DNA of 64,000 nucleotides. It comes from Thermoplasmatota archaeon. GTDB lineage: Archaea > Thermoplasmatota > JAKEGO01. A program made the position numbers and the translations under genes. The notes beneath the pieces were generated by a model, which searched no databases, had not been told where the DNA came from, and saw nothing but the letters and a program-made list of their open reading frames with translations. The stretch is taken from the NCBI GenBank assembly GCA_028279595.1, contig JANQNK010000013.1, positions 32,001 to 96,000 on the forward strand, written 5' to 3'. Shown in pieces: positions 37,374 through 49,600 of this stretch; positions within the stretch are counted from its first letter, which is position 1, and each line of letters opens with the position of its first letter.

Positions 37374-40300
37374 TCATTCCTCGATGACCTCGACGTCTAG
37401 AACCTCCACGTCCATGACGTCGCCTGGAGGGGGCGGGAGCACCTGCCCTGGCGGAGGCGGCAACCCCATGTCTGGAGGTGACGGAGGCACCGTCATATCG
37501 GTCGGTGGAGGCGGCAAGTCCATCTCCCGGATACTCTCCCTCCTTCCCTTCCCTCCGACAAGGCTCAATACCAGCAGGACAGCCAGACCGATGAATATGA
37601 ACGCAGCTGCGCAGACAAGGTCATTATCCTCGCCCTTGTCCTCGTCCACGGCCGACCTCACGTTGAACGTCAACATCCCGACATCGCTCCCCCCGGAGGC
37701 GTCGGTGACGTGTATGTAAAGGATGTACGTACCGGGTTCCAGGTGTCGTGTGTCGATGGAGATCGAGACAGTTCCCGTAGACCATGAGAGATCGGTGCTA
37801 TCCATCTCTAAGACGTGGGTGCCACTTGCGTCCCTCAGGTCCGCCGAGACCGAGACGATGTCCTCGAGACCGTCCAGATCGTCCACGGTGACCTCGATCA
37901 TAACTGTCCCTCCCTTTCTGACGTCATCGGGGTCCGTTCCTACAGTTACTGTCGGGCTGTGGTTCACATCTGGCTTCGTGTTGTTCACCGTGACGTAGAG
38001 AGATGTGGAGTTTGTGGCACCGCTATCGTCCTCCACTGTCGCGGTGATAATGATGGTATCGTACAGGATCAGCGATGAGTTCCAGTCGACATGCCAAGTG
38101 GAAAGACCGCTGGTTTCGAGGTCCACATCATCCACGGTGACGGTCACGGTGACCAGTTCCAGGTCACCGCCTGCATATCCCCATATCGGGACCATGCCGG
38201 AGACAGTATCGCCAAGGTTCGGTGACTCGATCCCGATCCACGGGGGTTCCGGGATGTAGTTGTCCACGGTGACGACGATACCGTCGCTCCCGGTATCACC
38301 CTCCTCATCCTCCACCTGGACCTCTATGGTGACCTCCTCGTTGTCGTTCTTGGACGTATCCCATTCGTAGGACCATCCGGAGGTCCCGTCGCATAGCTTC
38401 CAGGACCCGCCGTCGATCCTGATCCTCACCCTGTCGATGTCGTCGTTCCCGTCCGCGTCGTGGGCGGTCCCGTTGATCCAGACGGTTCCGTTGACCGTAG
38501 AACCGTTCTCCGGGCTGTCGATGATGATCGTTGGCGCTGTGTTCTCTCCAGGTTCAGGATGTACGATCTTCACCCTTCCGTCGGAGAACGCATGGGCCTG
38601 AGAGCCGTTGGCATCGTCGACGACGGCGTAGATGTAGTATCTCCCTTCCGGGACATCGGTCGTGTCCCAGTCCCATTCCGAGAGGTCGGCCCTTATCCAG
38701 TTGCTCGTGATATTGACCCCGCCTCCGACCTGGTGGTCCTCGTCGTACTGGAGCCTGATGTATACGGTGTCGCCGTCCTCGTCATCGGCCGTCCACGTGA
38801 TGGTGAACTCCTCGTTCGCGGTATTGTTCTTCTTCGGATCAGGATCGTGTATCTTGATCGTCGGCCTGTGGTTCTTCGGCTCCGACCCACCGGGGTGGTC
38901 CACCGTCAGCACTCCCGGACTCCAGGCTTCTGCGGTGAAAGCCCCGTCGGTCAGCAGGATGTAAACGTAGTAGTCCCCGTTCGGAACGCTTCCAAGGTCC
39001 CATTCGTACGACCCATCATCGCCGACCCCGGTCTTGACGATCTCGAGGTCCGAACCCGATGTTGATACGTCGAAGTAGATGTCCACGATAGCTTCTGAGG
39101 ACGCATTCCCGGTGGTCCATTCGATCGTATACTCTTCGTCGGCCTCGGCACCCCCCTGCGGAGGCGATGTGATCCCTATGGAGGGAGCCTGATCGACCGT
39201 CAAGGGCCCCTCGCTCCACGATGACGCCGAATCCTTTCCGTCAGAGACCTCGATCAGTATCCAGTAATCGCCCTCATCCACTCCCGAAACGTTCCAGTGA
39301 TAGGATGTGACGTTCACCAGACCTTCTGTGACAAGCGTCAGGTTCACCTTGTCCGTCGAGATGAAGATCGAGAACTCGAGGAGGTCCCCGTCAGGGTCCT
39401 GTGCGCTCCATGTGATGTTGTAAATATCATGTGTTACGTCCGAATCGCCGTCGGGCTCAAGGATTTCGATCGACGGCGGCCTGTTGTTGTCGACGATGAT
39501 CGTTCGGCTGATGACCTGATGGCTGGCGTTGACCGCCGTGACATTCGCGATGACGACGTAATGGCCGTCAGGGACACCCGACACGTTCCATGTGTACCTG
39601 AACTCGTTCGATAGTACCGTTATCGCCGTCGCGTTCGCCGTGTCGTTGACCTGTCCATATGACAGGTTCACACTGAGATCGTCCCCGTCGAGGTCGGTCG
39701 CGTACCAGATGAACTCGATCTCGTCCTTCACTGTCACATTTGTCCTGGGGTCGATGAACAGAATCCTCGGTGGATGGTTGGGACCGGCCGGACCGTCGGA
39801 ATGCCACGGATCGTATTCGGTGAGGTCGTCCACGGGGTCCCCGCTCCCGGAGCCATGGCCGGACGGTCCATCGGAGGCCCCCCAGTAGTTCCATCTTGCG
39901 TCGGTATAGCCGTTGAACGAGTTAGAGACACCCTCCTCGTTGTTCTGGAACGTGTTGTTCCTGAGGATCATGCTCAGTCCCTGGTTCTGTCCGTTGTAGT
40001 GGGTTATCTTCTGGTTGCCGATGTAGGTGTTGTTCTCCACCCTCGGGACGTCGCCGTTGAATATCGCACCGAAACCGCTGTTGGCTACCAGGTTATGGTA
40101 TACAGAAATGTTGGAGTGGTCGGTCTCCGTCATCGCACCGGCACGACATCCGACGTAGATATTATCGTGGATCTCCGCGTCCAGCTCCTGGAAGACGAAT
40201 CCTGTTGCCGACTCGTAGCAGACGTTGTCCCTGACCGTTGCGTCCTCGTTTGCCACGTAGGAACTGACGACGACGGCCCCACCCGTCCAGACGTCGCCGA

Positions 40301-43300
40301 TCATGTGGTTCTCGACGAATTCGATGGAGTAGTTGTACAGGCGGACACCCAAAGCGTCGATCTCGACGAAGAGGTTGTTCACCAGCTCCATGGTTATCGG
40401 GGACCCCTCGTCGTTCCTGCCGGATATCCCCCAACCTTCCGAGGTGTTGAAGGTACAGTTCCTTATCATATCGACGTTGGGCGAATCGAGGAGCCGGATG
40501 TAGAGCGAATCCTCGGCCCCGTTGGTGAACCGGCAGTCCTCGATGACGACATGGGATTGTACGTTCTGGATGCTTATCGCGGGCAGGGTCGAGCCCGTCG
40601 GGACGATCTCCCATCCGCCAATGATGTACGGGTCGCTCTCCGAACCTGACCCGCCTGTGACACCGTTCGCGGGGTTGAGGAGGTCCGCGTCCGAATTGAT
40701 CTGGATCGGCGAGTGGGTCGTGTATGTCAATGCTACGAGGACGATATCGAAGGTGTCCGGGGCTTCCGTTGTTAGAAGACCGTCGGAGACGCGGACCCTC
40801 GGGCTGTAGGTCCCTCCATCCAGGCGGTGAGCGTCCCAGAGATGGAACCACTGGGTCCACCCGCTGTACCTTTCGATCTCGATCGGCTCGATCCACCCGG
40901 AGTCGTATCCGGGTCCTGTGATCCTCATCTCGACCGTGATGGTGTCCCCGTCGGGGTCCCAGGCCCAGCCGGAGAACAGGATGCTGTTCTGGACGGTCCC
41001 GCGGTAGTCGTCGAGCGTTACCTCAGGGGCGAAGTTCAACAGTCTGCCTTCGCTATCAATGGGAGCGGTCGCCCACGGTTCGTGAAGGATGTCCCCGTGG
41101 ATGTTGTCTCCGGACCCTGGGCCGTCCCCTCCCGGGCCGTCATCGGAGTCCCAGTAATTGTAGACGGCGTTCACCCTGTGGGACCCTGTGTTGCTTATAG
41201 CCACATCGTTGTCCCTGAAGTTGTTGTAGTTGATGTGGGCCGAGCCCGTGCTGACCAGTATCGCTGTCGCGGCGTCCTCGAACGTGTTGTTGGCTATCAC
41301 ACCTCGTACCGTGCTCAGGGAGAGCCTTGAATTCATGACCGAGTTGTTCCTGAACGAGATGTCCGTCCTCAGTAGCGATACAGGGGATCGATCGAGGCCG
41401 CTGCGGTGGATGCCTATGTCGGAATTCGTGACCCCTACCGACGATCGCAGCATCTGCACGTCGCTGATCGTTCCGTTGACGTACGTGAGACCAATGGTAC
41501 AATCGTCGAAGGAGTTCGATGTTACGGTGGCGTTGGTGCTTGTGAGCTCCACCTCGACGCCATCGAATTCCACTTCGTTCAGCGAGAGCACGCAGTGGCT
41601 GGCGAAGAGTCCCGTGGAATTCGCGTGGAACGTGGAGTTCTCGATCGTCACGTTCCCCTGGTGGATCACAACGCCTTCGCCGGCCGTGAAGGTGCAGTCG
41701 CTGACGGTCCCGTTCGACCGATCGAAGAATATCGCGTAGGTGTCGTTCGACGTGTCGAAATCGATGTCCACGATGGTGGGGTCCGACATGCCCGACCAGA
41801 TCAGGGACCTCTGGACCATGGCCCATTGGGTCTCGCTGTTCGGTGCTTCGATGGTAAGGTTCTCGAGGTGGGGCGAACCGAGGAACGCCAGCACGTTCGC
41901 CTCCATTTCGCTGATGGTCATGTCGGCCATGGTGATCGGATCCGAGGAGAGCGCGATCGCGGACCCGTTCTCGATGTTTCCGGAGGCGGTGAACTCACCG
42001 CCGTTCTTGACCCCGATGAAGTATCCGTGAAGGTCGAAAGAGATGTCATCGAATGTCAGGTTCCCGCCGTCCCTGACTATCCATGGGCCGGTTGCGTTCA
42101 ATTCCCCCTGATACGTCTCCTGGCCGGTCACGATGTGGGGCGTGAAAGGGTTTTCTGGCGTGGCCGGGTCGTTGGGCGAGTTCGAGTACGGCTCGTAGTC
42201 GACGTTCGGGCCGATGATGCGGTCGCCGTCCTCGTTCGGAACTCCTCCCCAGTAGTTGTTGTCAGCATCTATCCTGCTGTCGTCATCGACGTTCCAGATC
42301 GCGAAGAGGGGATTGTCGTACATATCGTTGCCGCTCATCAGGACGTGAGCGCCTCCGGTGTTCCTCTCGTACGTATAGATGCCCATCGGGTTGAACCGCA
42401 TGACGTTGTTCTCGAGGGTGAGTTCCGACCCCTCCGTGATGGCAGCGACCATGACGTTGTTGGCCATCATGTTGTTGCTGGCCTCGGTCACCGCGGAGTG
42501 TCGTGAGTAGAACACGTAGGAGTTGTTGATGATGGTGTTCCTGTAGAACTCCGATGCCGAACCGGTGGTGTACAAGACCACGATACATCCCTCGATGTGG
42601 TTGTCGTAGATCCTGGCGGACAGGCCGGTGAAGAGGCCTACGGCCCCCCAGCAGTCGATGATGACGTTGTCGTGTATCCTGGCGGTGCTCTCGGATCCGG
42701 GTCCAGGCAGCAGAAAGGCCTCTCCGCACTGTTCGATGTGGTTGTCGTAGGCCTCCACGTCGTTCGTCGTCACTTCGTCCGTAGCGAGAGCGGCACCGAC
42801 CTGGAAGAAGGTGTTGCGCCGCACGATGGCGGTGCCCTCCTCCACGACGACGGTCTTGCCGTTCCACTTGAAGTAGTTGTCCTCGATTGTGGCCGTGGTC
42901 TCGTGCACCACGATCGACCTGTCCCCTCTCGTCAACGTGTTGTTGCGGAAGGTCACACCCTCGCATCCGTCGGCAATGATGTGGAACCACGGATGGTCCA
43001 CCCTGTTGTCCTCGAAGACGAAGCCGTCGCATGCCGTGAACACGAACGCGTTCGAGGTCATGGCGTCGTAAGTGACGTTGTTCCCCCTGATCGTGGGAGC
43101 GCACCCTATAATGTCGAACCCGGAGTTGTCGAGGTCGGTGAAGTTGTTGTTGATGAAATCGACGTTGGAAGAGAGGACGGTCACGTCGTCATATCGCCTC
43201 ATGATCGAATTCTGCATGTCCACCGCTGCGGTGGCGGATATCGTGAGGTCGAAGTAGTAGTCCATGTCATCCGGTGAGATCACGCTCGCGTCGATTGCCG

Positions 43301-43613
43301 TCGCGTTGTCATCGTCGAGGTCGTAGACATTGAAGGTCCCCGTGACGTTGATGGCGAAGAGGTCCTGGGCGTCCGACTGGATCAGCAGTGTGACGTTGTT
43401 GAAGGTCAATGAATTCTGAATGATGAGGTTCCCATGGAGCGTTATCGTGCAGCTAGTGTACGAACGGATATCTGTGACGGTCCAGTCCCCTTCGACGTGA
43501 CCTCCCTCGGGGGGCGGATCGTTTATGGCGCTGACGTGCTGGACCGTGAGCATCAGAACTGTGATCGATAGGATGGCGAAGACCGCTATCCATCTTCCAA
43601 TACTGAATCTCAT
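37374..43613 (-). CDS. Giant cell-surface protein (2079 aa): parallel beta-helix (NosD/pectin-lyase-like) blocks, Ig-like repeats, C-terminal TM, Pro-rich tail
   Basis: Signal peptide, N-x-I-x-x-N beta-helix repeats, NYWG..DGP motifs, DxDGD Ig-like modules, and a TM followed by PPPP. Confidence 0.9.
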   Translation of the reverse strand: MRFSIGRWIAVFAILSITVLMLTVQHVSAINDPPPEGGHVEGDWTVTDIRSYTSCTITLHGNLIIQNSLTFNNVTLLIQSDAQDLFAINVTGTFNVYDLDDDNATAIDASVISPDDMDYYFDLTISATAAVDMQNSIMRRYDDVTVLSSNVDFINNNFTDLDNSGFDIIGCAPTIRGNNVTYDAMTSNAFVFTACDGFVFEDNRVDHPWFHIIADGCEGVTFRNNTLTRGDRSIVVHETTATIEDNYFKWNGKTVVVEEGTAIVRRNTFFQVGAALATDEVTTNDVEAYDNHIEQCGEAFLLPGPGSESTARIHDNVIIDCWGAVGLFTGLSARIYDNHIEGCIVVLYTTGSASEFYRNTIINNSYVFYSRHSAVTEASNNMMANNVMVAAITEGSELTLENNVMRFNPMGIYTYERNTGGAHVLMSGNDMYDNPLFAIWNVDDDSRIDADNNYWGGVPNEDGDRIIGPNVDYEPYSNSPNDPATPENPFTPHIVTGQETYQGELNATGPWIVRDGGNLTFDDISFDLHGYFIGVKNGGEFTASGNIENGSAIALSSDPITMADMTISEMEANVLAFLGSPHLENLTIEAPNSETQWAMVQRSLIWSGMSDPTIVDIDFDTSNDTYAIFFDRSNGTVSDCTFTAGEGVVIHQGNVTIENSTFHANSTGLFASHCVLSLNEVEFDGVEVELTSTNATVTSNSFDDCTIGLTYVNGTISDVQMLRSSVGVTNSDIGIHRSGLDRSPVSLLRTDISFRNNSVMNSRLSLSTVRGVIANNTFEDAATAILVSTGSAHINYNNFRDNDVAISNTGSHRVNAVYNYWDSDDGPGGDGPGSGDNIHGDILHEPWATAPIDSEGRLLNFAPEVTLDDYRGTVQNSILFSGWAWDPDGDTITVEMRITGPGYDSGWIEPIEIERYSGWTQWFHLWDAHRLDGGTYSPRVRVSDGLLTTEAPDTFDIVLVALTYTTHSPIQINSDADLLNPANGVTGGSGSESDPYIIGGWEIVPTGSTLPAISIQNVQSHVVIEDCRFTNGAEDSLYIRLLDSPNVDMIRNCTFNTSEGWGISGRNDEGSPITMELVNNLFVEIDALGVRLYNYSIEFVENHMIGDVWTGGAVVVSSYVANEDATVRDNVCYESATGFVFQELDAEIHDNIYVGCRAGAMTETDHSNISVYHNLVANSGFGAIFNGDVPRVENNTYIGNQKITHYNGQNQGLSMILRNNTFQNNEEGVSNSFNGYTDARWNYWGASDGPSGHGSGSGDPVDDLTEYDPWHSDGPAGPNHPPRILFIDPRTNVTVKDEIEFIWYATDLDGDDLSVNLSYGQVNDTANATAITVLSNEFRYTWNVSGVPDGHYVVIANVTAVNASHQVISRTIIVDNNRPPSIEILEPDGDSDVTHDIYNITWSAQDPDGDLLEFSIFISTDKVNLTLVTEGLVNVTSYHWNVSGVDEGDYWILIEVSDGKDSASSWSEGPLTVDQAPSIGITSPPQGGAEADEEYTIEWTTGNASSEAIVDIYFDVSTSGSDLEIVKTGVGDDGSYEWDLGSVPNGDYYVYILLTDGAFTAEAWSPGVLTVDHPGGSEPKNHRPTIKIHDPDPKKNNTANEEFTITWTADDEDGDTVYIRLQYDEDHQVGGGVNITSNWIRADLSEWDWDTTDVPEGRYYIYAVVDDANGSQAHAFSDGRVKIVHPEPGENTAPTIIIDSPENGSTVNGTVWINGTAHDADGNDDIDRVRIRIDGGSWKLCDGTSGWSYEWDTSKNDNEEVTIEVQVEDEEGDTGSDGIVVTVDNYIPEPPWIGIESPNLGDTVSGMVPIWGYAGGDLELVTVTVTVDDVDLETSGLSTWHVDWNSSLILYDTIIITATVEDDSGATNSTSLYVTVNNTKPDVNHSPTVTVGTDPDDVRKGGTVMIEVTVDDLDGLEDIVSVSADLRDASGTHVLEMDSTDLSWSTGTVSISIDTRHLEPGTYILYIHVTDASGGSDVGMLTFNVRSAVDEDKGEDNDLVCAAAFIFIGLAVLLVLSLVGGKGRRESIREMDLPPPPTDMTVPPSPPDMGLPPPPGQVLPPPPGDVMDVEVLDVEVIEE

Positions 43614-43626
43614 TCAATGCCCCTCA

Positions 43627-46600
43627 TCATTCCAGCACCTCCACTTCGTACACCTCGACGTCTATCGGCTCCTCCGGTGGAGGTGGAACCCAACCAGGGG
43701 GGGGAGGAGGTACATCGGTCGGCGGGGGTGGAGGTGGCGGCGGCAGTGGCTGGCCGGGCGGCGGTGGGAGCTGCTGTCCCGTAACGACGTTGCTCTGCAG
43801 CACCTGTGCCCGGACAGGTTCCTCACCCTTCCTGGAGCTCGTGCTCAGCAGGACAAGCAGGGCGACTCCGATGCCGATGAAGACAGCTGCGCAGACGAGA
43901 TCGTTGCTGTCGTCCTTGTCATCACTGTCCGCAGCGACGACCTTGAACGACCACGTGTCGTAATCTCCCGCGTCCTGAGAATCGACTATGAATATGAACA
44001 GGATATAGTTGCCCGTCTCCATGGAGCTCGTATCGATCGAGAAGTAGACCGTCCCAGTTACCCAGTTGAGCTCGGTGTCGGTGATCTCGAGGACCGTGTT
44101 TCCCTCGTTGTCCCTGAGGTCCCCGAACACGGTCACGATGTCATCCCTGCCATCGGGATCGTCCACCGCCGCCACGATCGTAACGGTTCGACCCTTTCTG
44201 ACGGACGTCGGACCGGATTCTACGTTGATGGTCGGGTCCTCGTTGACCACGGGAGGGATGTTATCGACGGTGATGTTCATCGTTGAGGTATTCGTCCTTC
44301 CATCCTCGTCCTCGACCGTCGCCACTATGGTAACGCTTTCGTAGAGGATGTGGGACGAGTCCCATTCCCCTTCCCAGAACGAAAGGCCCGTGACGTCCAC
44401 GTCGGTACCGTCGATCTCGAGGATGATCCTTTCCAGGTCGAGGTCGCCGCCGGCAGAGCCCCAGATCTCGATGGTGCCGGAGACAGTCTCTCCCTCGTCG
44501 TGGGATATTATGGATATCCACGGCGGCCCCGGGATGAAATTGTCGACCGTCAACGTGATCTGATCGGTGCCCGTATCCCCCTCCGCGTCCTCGACCTCCA
44601 CCCTGATGGTGACGTCCCCGTTGTCGGCATTGGATGCGTTCCACTCGTAGGACCAGTCAGAGGTACCGTCGCACGTCCTCCAGGACCCGCTTCCTATCCG
44701 TATCCGAACCCTTTCGATGTCGTCATTGCCGTCGGCGTCGTGGGCCGTTCCGTTGATCCATACGGTGCCGTTCACTGTCGCTCCGTCCTCAGGGGTAACT
44801 ATTGTAATGGTGGGGGCGGTGTTCTCTCCGGGTTCGGGGTGGACTATCGTTACCCGTCCGCTCGAGAAATCGTGCGCCTGCGAGCCATTGGAGTCATCCA
44901 CGACCGCATAGACATAGTACTTCCCTTCGGGGACATCGGTCGTATCCCAGTCCCACTCCGACAGAGACGCTAGAACCCAGTCCGAGGTGATGTTCACACC
45001 ACCGCCGACCTGGTCGTCCTCGTCGTACTGGAGCCTGATGTAGACCTCGTCACCGTCCTCGTCGCTCGCGGTCCATGTGATCGTGAACTCCTCGTTCGCC
45101 GTGTTGTTCTTGCCCGCTTCCGGAGCGTGCACGGTAATCTTCGGTTTGTGGTTCACCGGCGTCGTGCTCGGGTGGTCGACGGTGAGCATTCCAGAGCTCC
45201 AACCGGTGGCGTTGAACTCGCCGTCCGTCAGGACGATGAAGACGTAGTATTCGCCATCCTGGACAGCGTCCAGGCCCCAGTCGTACGATCCCGTGTCGTT
45301 GAGGCCAGTCTTGACGATCTCCAGGTTCTCTCCATTGGTGTCAACGTCGTAGTAGATGTCGATGATGGCGCTATCCGTGGCGTTCATCGTCGTCCATTCG
45401 ATCGAGTACTCGTCCTCGGCCTCCGCTCCCCCCTCTGGTGGGGTCGTGACCTCGATCGAGGGCGCATGGTCCACGGTCACAGGGCCGTCCGAGTAAGCTG
45501 ATGCCATACCCCCACGGGAATCCTCCGCTGTAGCGTACACGTAATAATCGCCCTCGTCCAACATAGAGATGTCCCAATCGAACGTACCGACGGGATCCAT
45601 GTCATCAGCCAGAATACTCGTACCGCCAGGGTCATTGTCAACGTCCCAGTAAAGGTCGACAGTGATGTCGTCGCCGTCAGGATCTGTTGCGTTCCATATT
45701 ATCGTGAAAACGTTGTCGGACGTGTCATTGGCACCGTCCGGTTCCGCGATAACAATGACCGGGTCCTCGTTGAACACAACAGGTTCGGTGAGCCAGGGAT
45801 CGAACAGGACGTCCTCGCTAACGGCATCTCCGTCGCCGTCACCTTCGCCGGACGGGCCGTTCTCGGCACCCCACCAGTTCCAGCGGGCGTCTATGGTGAT
45901 CAGGTCGTCGCCATTCTCCACGCCGTCCCTGTTGCCGAAGATGTTGTTGTCCCTCATGGTCATGTTGGAACGGTCTCCCCACACACCCCATCCATTTATG
46001 TGATCTACGAGGAGGTTCCTCTCGATCGTGGAATTCCCCCAGTTGAACCATATCCCGGCGGAACCGTAGGCGAACACGTTGTCCGAGATGTTGAAATAAT
46101 AGGGGATGTCGCCGCTCATCGATCCGCCGAAGAGTTGCCCGCCGATCATCACGTTGTCCTCGAAGGTCAGGTTGATGTCGGTCACGAAGAGAGTGCCCGC
46201 GGTGAAGAAACAGCCTGAAACACGCGACGGTACCTCCGGCCCCCCTTCCAGGTTGGCGGGATACCCCTCGGTCCAGAAGACGGAGTCTGTGATGTTGACC
46301 AGGCTGTCCCTCGAATAGATATCATCCCCCTCAGAACCGAGATACATCGACCTGTCCATGTCGACCAGGCTGTCGTCCGCTATCCGGATCGCGTAACTGT
46401 TCTCGACGAAGCGGCAGTCCTCGACAACGACGTTCCTCGAGTTGACGATGGAGATCCCACCGTTCGAACCGTTGCCATAGATGTTGCAGAGCGAGATGAC
46501 GACATGGGCCGTGGTGTCGCTGATGTCTAGGGCCGTGGAGTCCATCGAGGATATGTTCCACCTCTCGATCATGTACGGGTCCTCCGCAGTACCGGATCCG

Positions 46601-49600
46601 GACCTTACGCCGTTCTCCGAAGTGAGGTCAGAGTTCCCTTCGATAACGATCGGATCATGGTCCTCGATATACGGAGCGACGACCGTCACCTTGGTCAACG
46701 CGATGGGCGAATGATCGTTCCCGTCATAGCATCTGATCGAGAGGTCGTATTCCCCTTCCATTGCCATCGTGTCGAAGGCGTGGGAATACCCGCCTCTGTC
46801 GAGAACGTCGCGCCATGAGCCGTTCGCCTCGATCCATCCGGAGGAATAGGTCTCATTCTCAAGCATGACCTCCACGCTTCGGACGATGTCCCCCTCCGGG
46901 TCCTCCGTCCTTCCCGATGCGCGGAGGAAGAATCCAGCATCGGTCGGTATTATCACGGTCGGGAGTTTGGGAGCGATGTTCTGGTAATGGCCGCTGTGGT
47001 CGCTCTCGACGAGGAGCCATGGCTCGAACGCCACGTACTCCGACACGTCGTCGCCGTCGCCCGAACCCTCTCCCCCGGGTCCCGATGCCGAGTTCCACCA
47101 ATTGAACGTCGCATTGACAAGGGTGGACGAATCATCGTTGTAGACCCCGTACTCGGTATTGTCCTCGAAATTGTTGAACTTGAGCTTCGGTTGGGCCTGA
47201 TCCTGGGCGTATACGCCGTACTGGTTGCGGGTGAAATCGTTGTTCACGACGATCGGTGCGCTGTCGTGGACGTACAGGCCGCGCACGTTCTGATCGAAGG
47301 TGTTGTTCTCCATCCTTATGGCATTTCCGACGAGCATGAGTCCAGTTCCACTCGATATCGTGTTTCCTTTGACGATCGCTCTGGAAGCGTCGAGATATAC
47401 CCCGTTGTTGGTGACCTCGTTCCCCAGGATCGTAACGTCCTCGATCTCCAGATAGAGGCCGTGGGTGCCGCCGTCTATTGTGTTGTTAGTGATCGTGATG
47501 TCGTGGGGCGTCCCCTCGCCCTCGATCTGCCCGTAGGCGAGCTCTATGCCGATATCGTTGTTCTGGAGATCGCACCCATCGATGTCAATGGACATGTTCC
47601 CGTATTTCCACCAGTCGTCATCGTTGGCGATCCCTGCCATGGAACAGAGCGATATGGTCAGGCCCTTCAACGTCAGATGGCCCTCTCTGGCCCCGACCCC
47701 GATGTCATTGTTGGTGATCGCAGTGTCGGTGATCCTGGCCTTGCTGTACATAGCATATATGCCGAACCAACCGCCGGTGTTCAGTGTCCCTCCCTGGATC
47801 GTCGCGGTGTCCCTGAAGAGATAGATCCCTGCTCGTCGGATCACGAACTTGATGTGCTCGATGGTACCGCTGGTGTCGAACGTCGTGTTATCATTTGTCA
47901 CCGTGATGTTCCCGATGTATGGGGACGCCCTGTACACGGAGACCGCGGCCGCCATGTTGTCGAATGAAGTGCCCTCGATCATCGCATGGTCCGTCGCCAG
48001 GGCAAGGGTCAGACCGTTGTCCATGCTTCCCCCGGACGTATTGAGATATGAACCGATCTTTCCTGCGATCCAGTGTCCGGCGAGGTCGATGTCAGCACCG
48101 TCCAGTTCGAACTCCCCTCCCCAACGAACGAAGTAGCTCGTGTTGAGCGTCCTGTCCGAATCGATCGATATGCTCATTCCATCGTTCACGATGATAACAG
48201 GGGAGGATATGGCCGGGGTCTCTGGATCGTTGGGCGAACCCTGATATCCTCCACCAATGTTGCCATCGAGCAGATCGCCGTCGATCCCGGGCACCCCGCC
48301 GTAATAATTACCGCTGACCTCACCCGGGTAGTTATGGTAAGAGGACATGATGCCGTAATATGCATTGTTGACGATGTCATTGTCGAGCACCTCGGCAAGT
48401 TGAACCCTCTCCCTGTCGGGGTCTATCGTGAATATGCTCCTGAAGGTGAGGCCCCCGAGGTTGTACTTGATCGTGTTGTTCCGGTATGTCCGGTTGCCGT
48501 AGGCCACATCGTCGATGCCCACCGGATTGAATGCGATCGTATTGTTCTCGATGGTATAGTCGGCGTCGTGGGCCAGGTTCAATCCCTTGACGATGTTCCT
48601 CTCGAAGCGGTTCCCGCGAATGACCGACCAGGACCGCCCCCCGTCCAGGGGTTCGTGCATGAGGGCCACGAACATACCGATGTCGTTGTCCCTCACCAAG
48701 TTGTCCTCGAAAGTGCAGTTGACGGCCTTGTCGAAGGACTTCCCGAGGGTGCAATGGACCCCATAACTGCAGTCCTTGATGACGTTCCCTCGGAACACGC
48801 CGGAAGCCGTTCTGAGGTAGATGCCGTTGGCCGCCCCGGAGATGGTGTTGTTCTCAAGCAGGGCGGGATACTTCCACTGACCGGACCACCACATACCACC
48901 CGAGCCGTCAAGGTTGAATCCGTATGCGCCCGTGTCCCGAAGGAGGTTGCCGATGGCAGTGATACGATTGGTCTCTCCGGAGACCATCACGCCCCTCGCC
49001 TCGATGTCGATTATCCGGTTGTCCCGCAGGAGGAATTCAGCGGCGGAGGCGTGAACTCCGTGGTGCGTGTGGTCGATGTCATTGTCCTCGATGGTGATGT
49101 TCTCGGCGCTCGTTAGGGAGATCCCCTGGGCCAGCCCGGTGGTGTTGTGGAGGTGGCAGTCGCGGATGATAGCGTATGACCTCGTGTCCGAGATCGAGAT
49201 GCAGGTGGAATCGTCCCCCCAGATGTCCCATCTCTCAATGATGTAGGGGTCCGCCTCCGTCCCCGAGCCGGATCGCACGCCGTTGGCCGCGGTCCATTCC
49301 GCGTCGCTGTTGATGTCGATCGGATCATGGGGTTCGCGTTCTCCAGCGCCTCCTGCGGAGGTTCCGATCCCGAACGCGTTGTCGTTGGTGTCACTGGCCT
49401 CTCCGGAGTCAGAGTCAGTGATCGTGATCCTGATGAAGCAGTCGCCGCTGACCTCGTCCGGAACGGCCCACTGGTAGATGCCTGAATTCGGAAGTCCAGA
49501 GTCGATGGACGTCCACGGGCCATCATCTCCGTCCGTCGAGTACTCGAGCTCGATCTCAATCCCGGTGGAGGTCGAGGGGACCTCAGAGAGCCACTTGATG

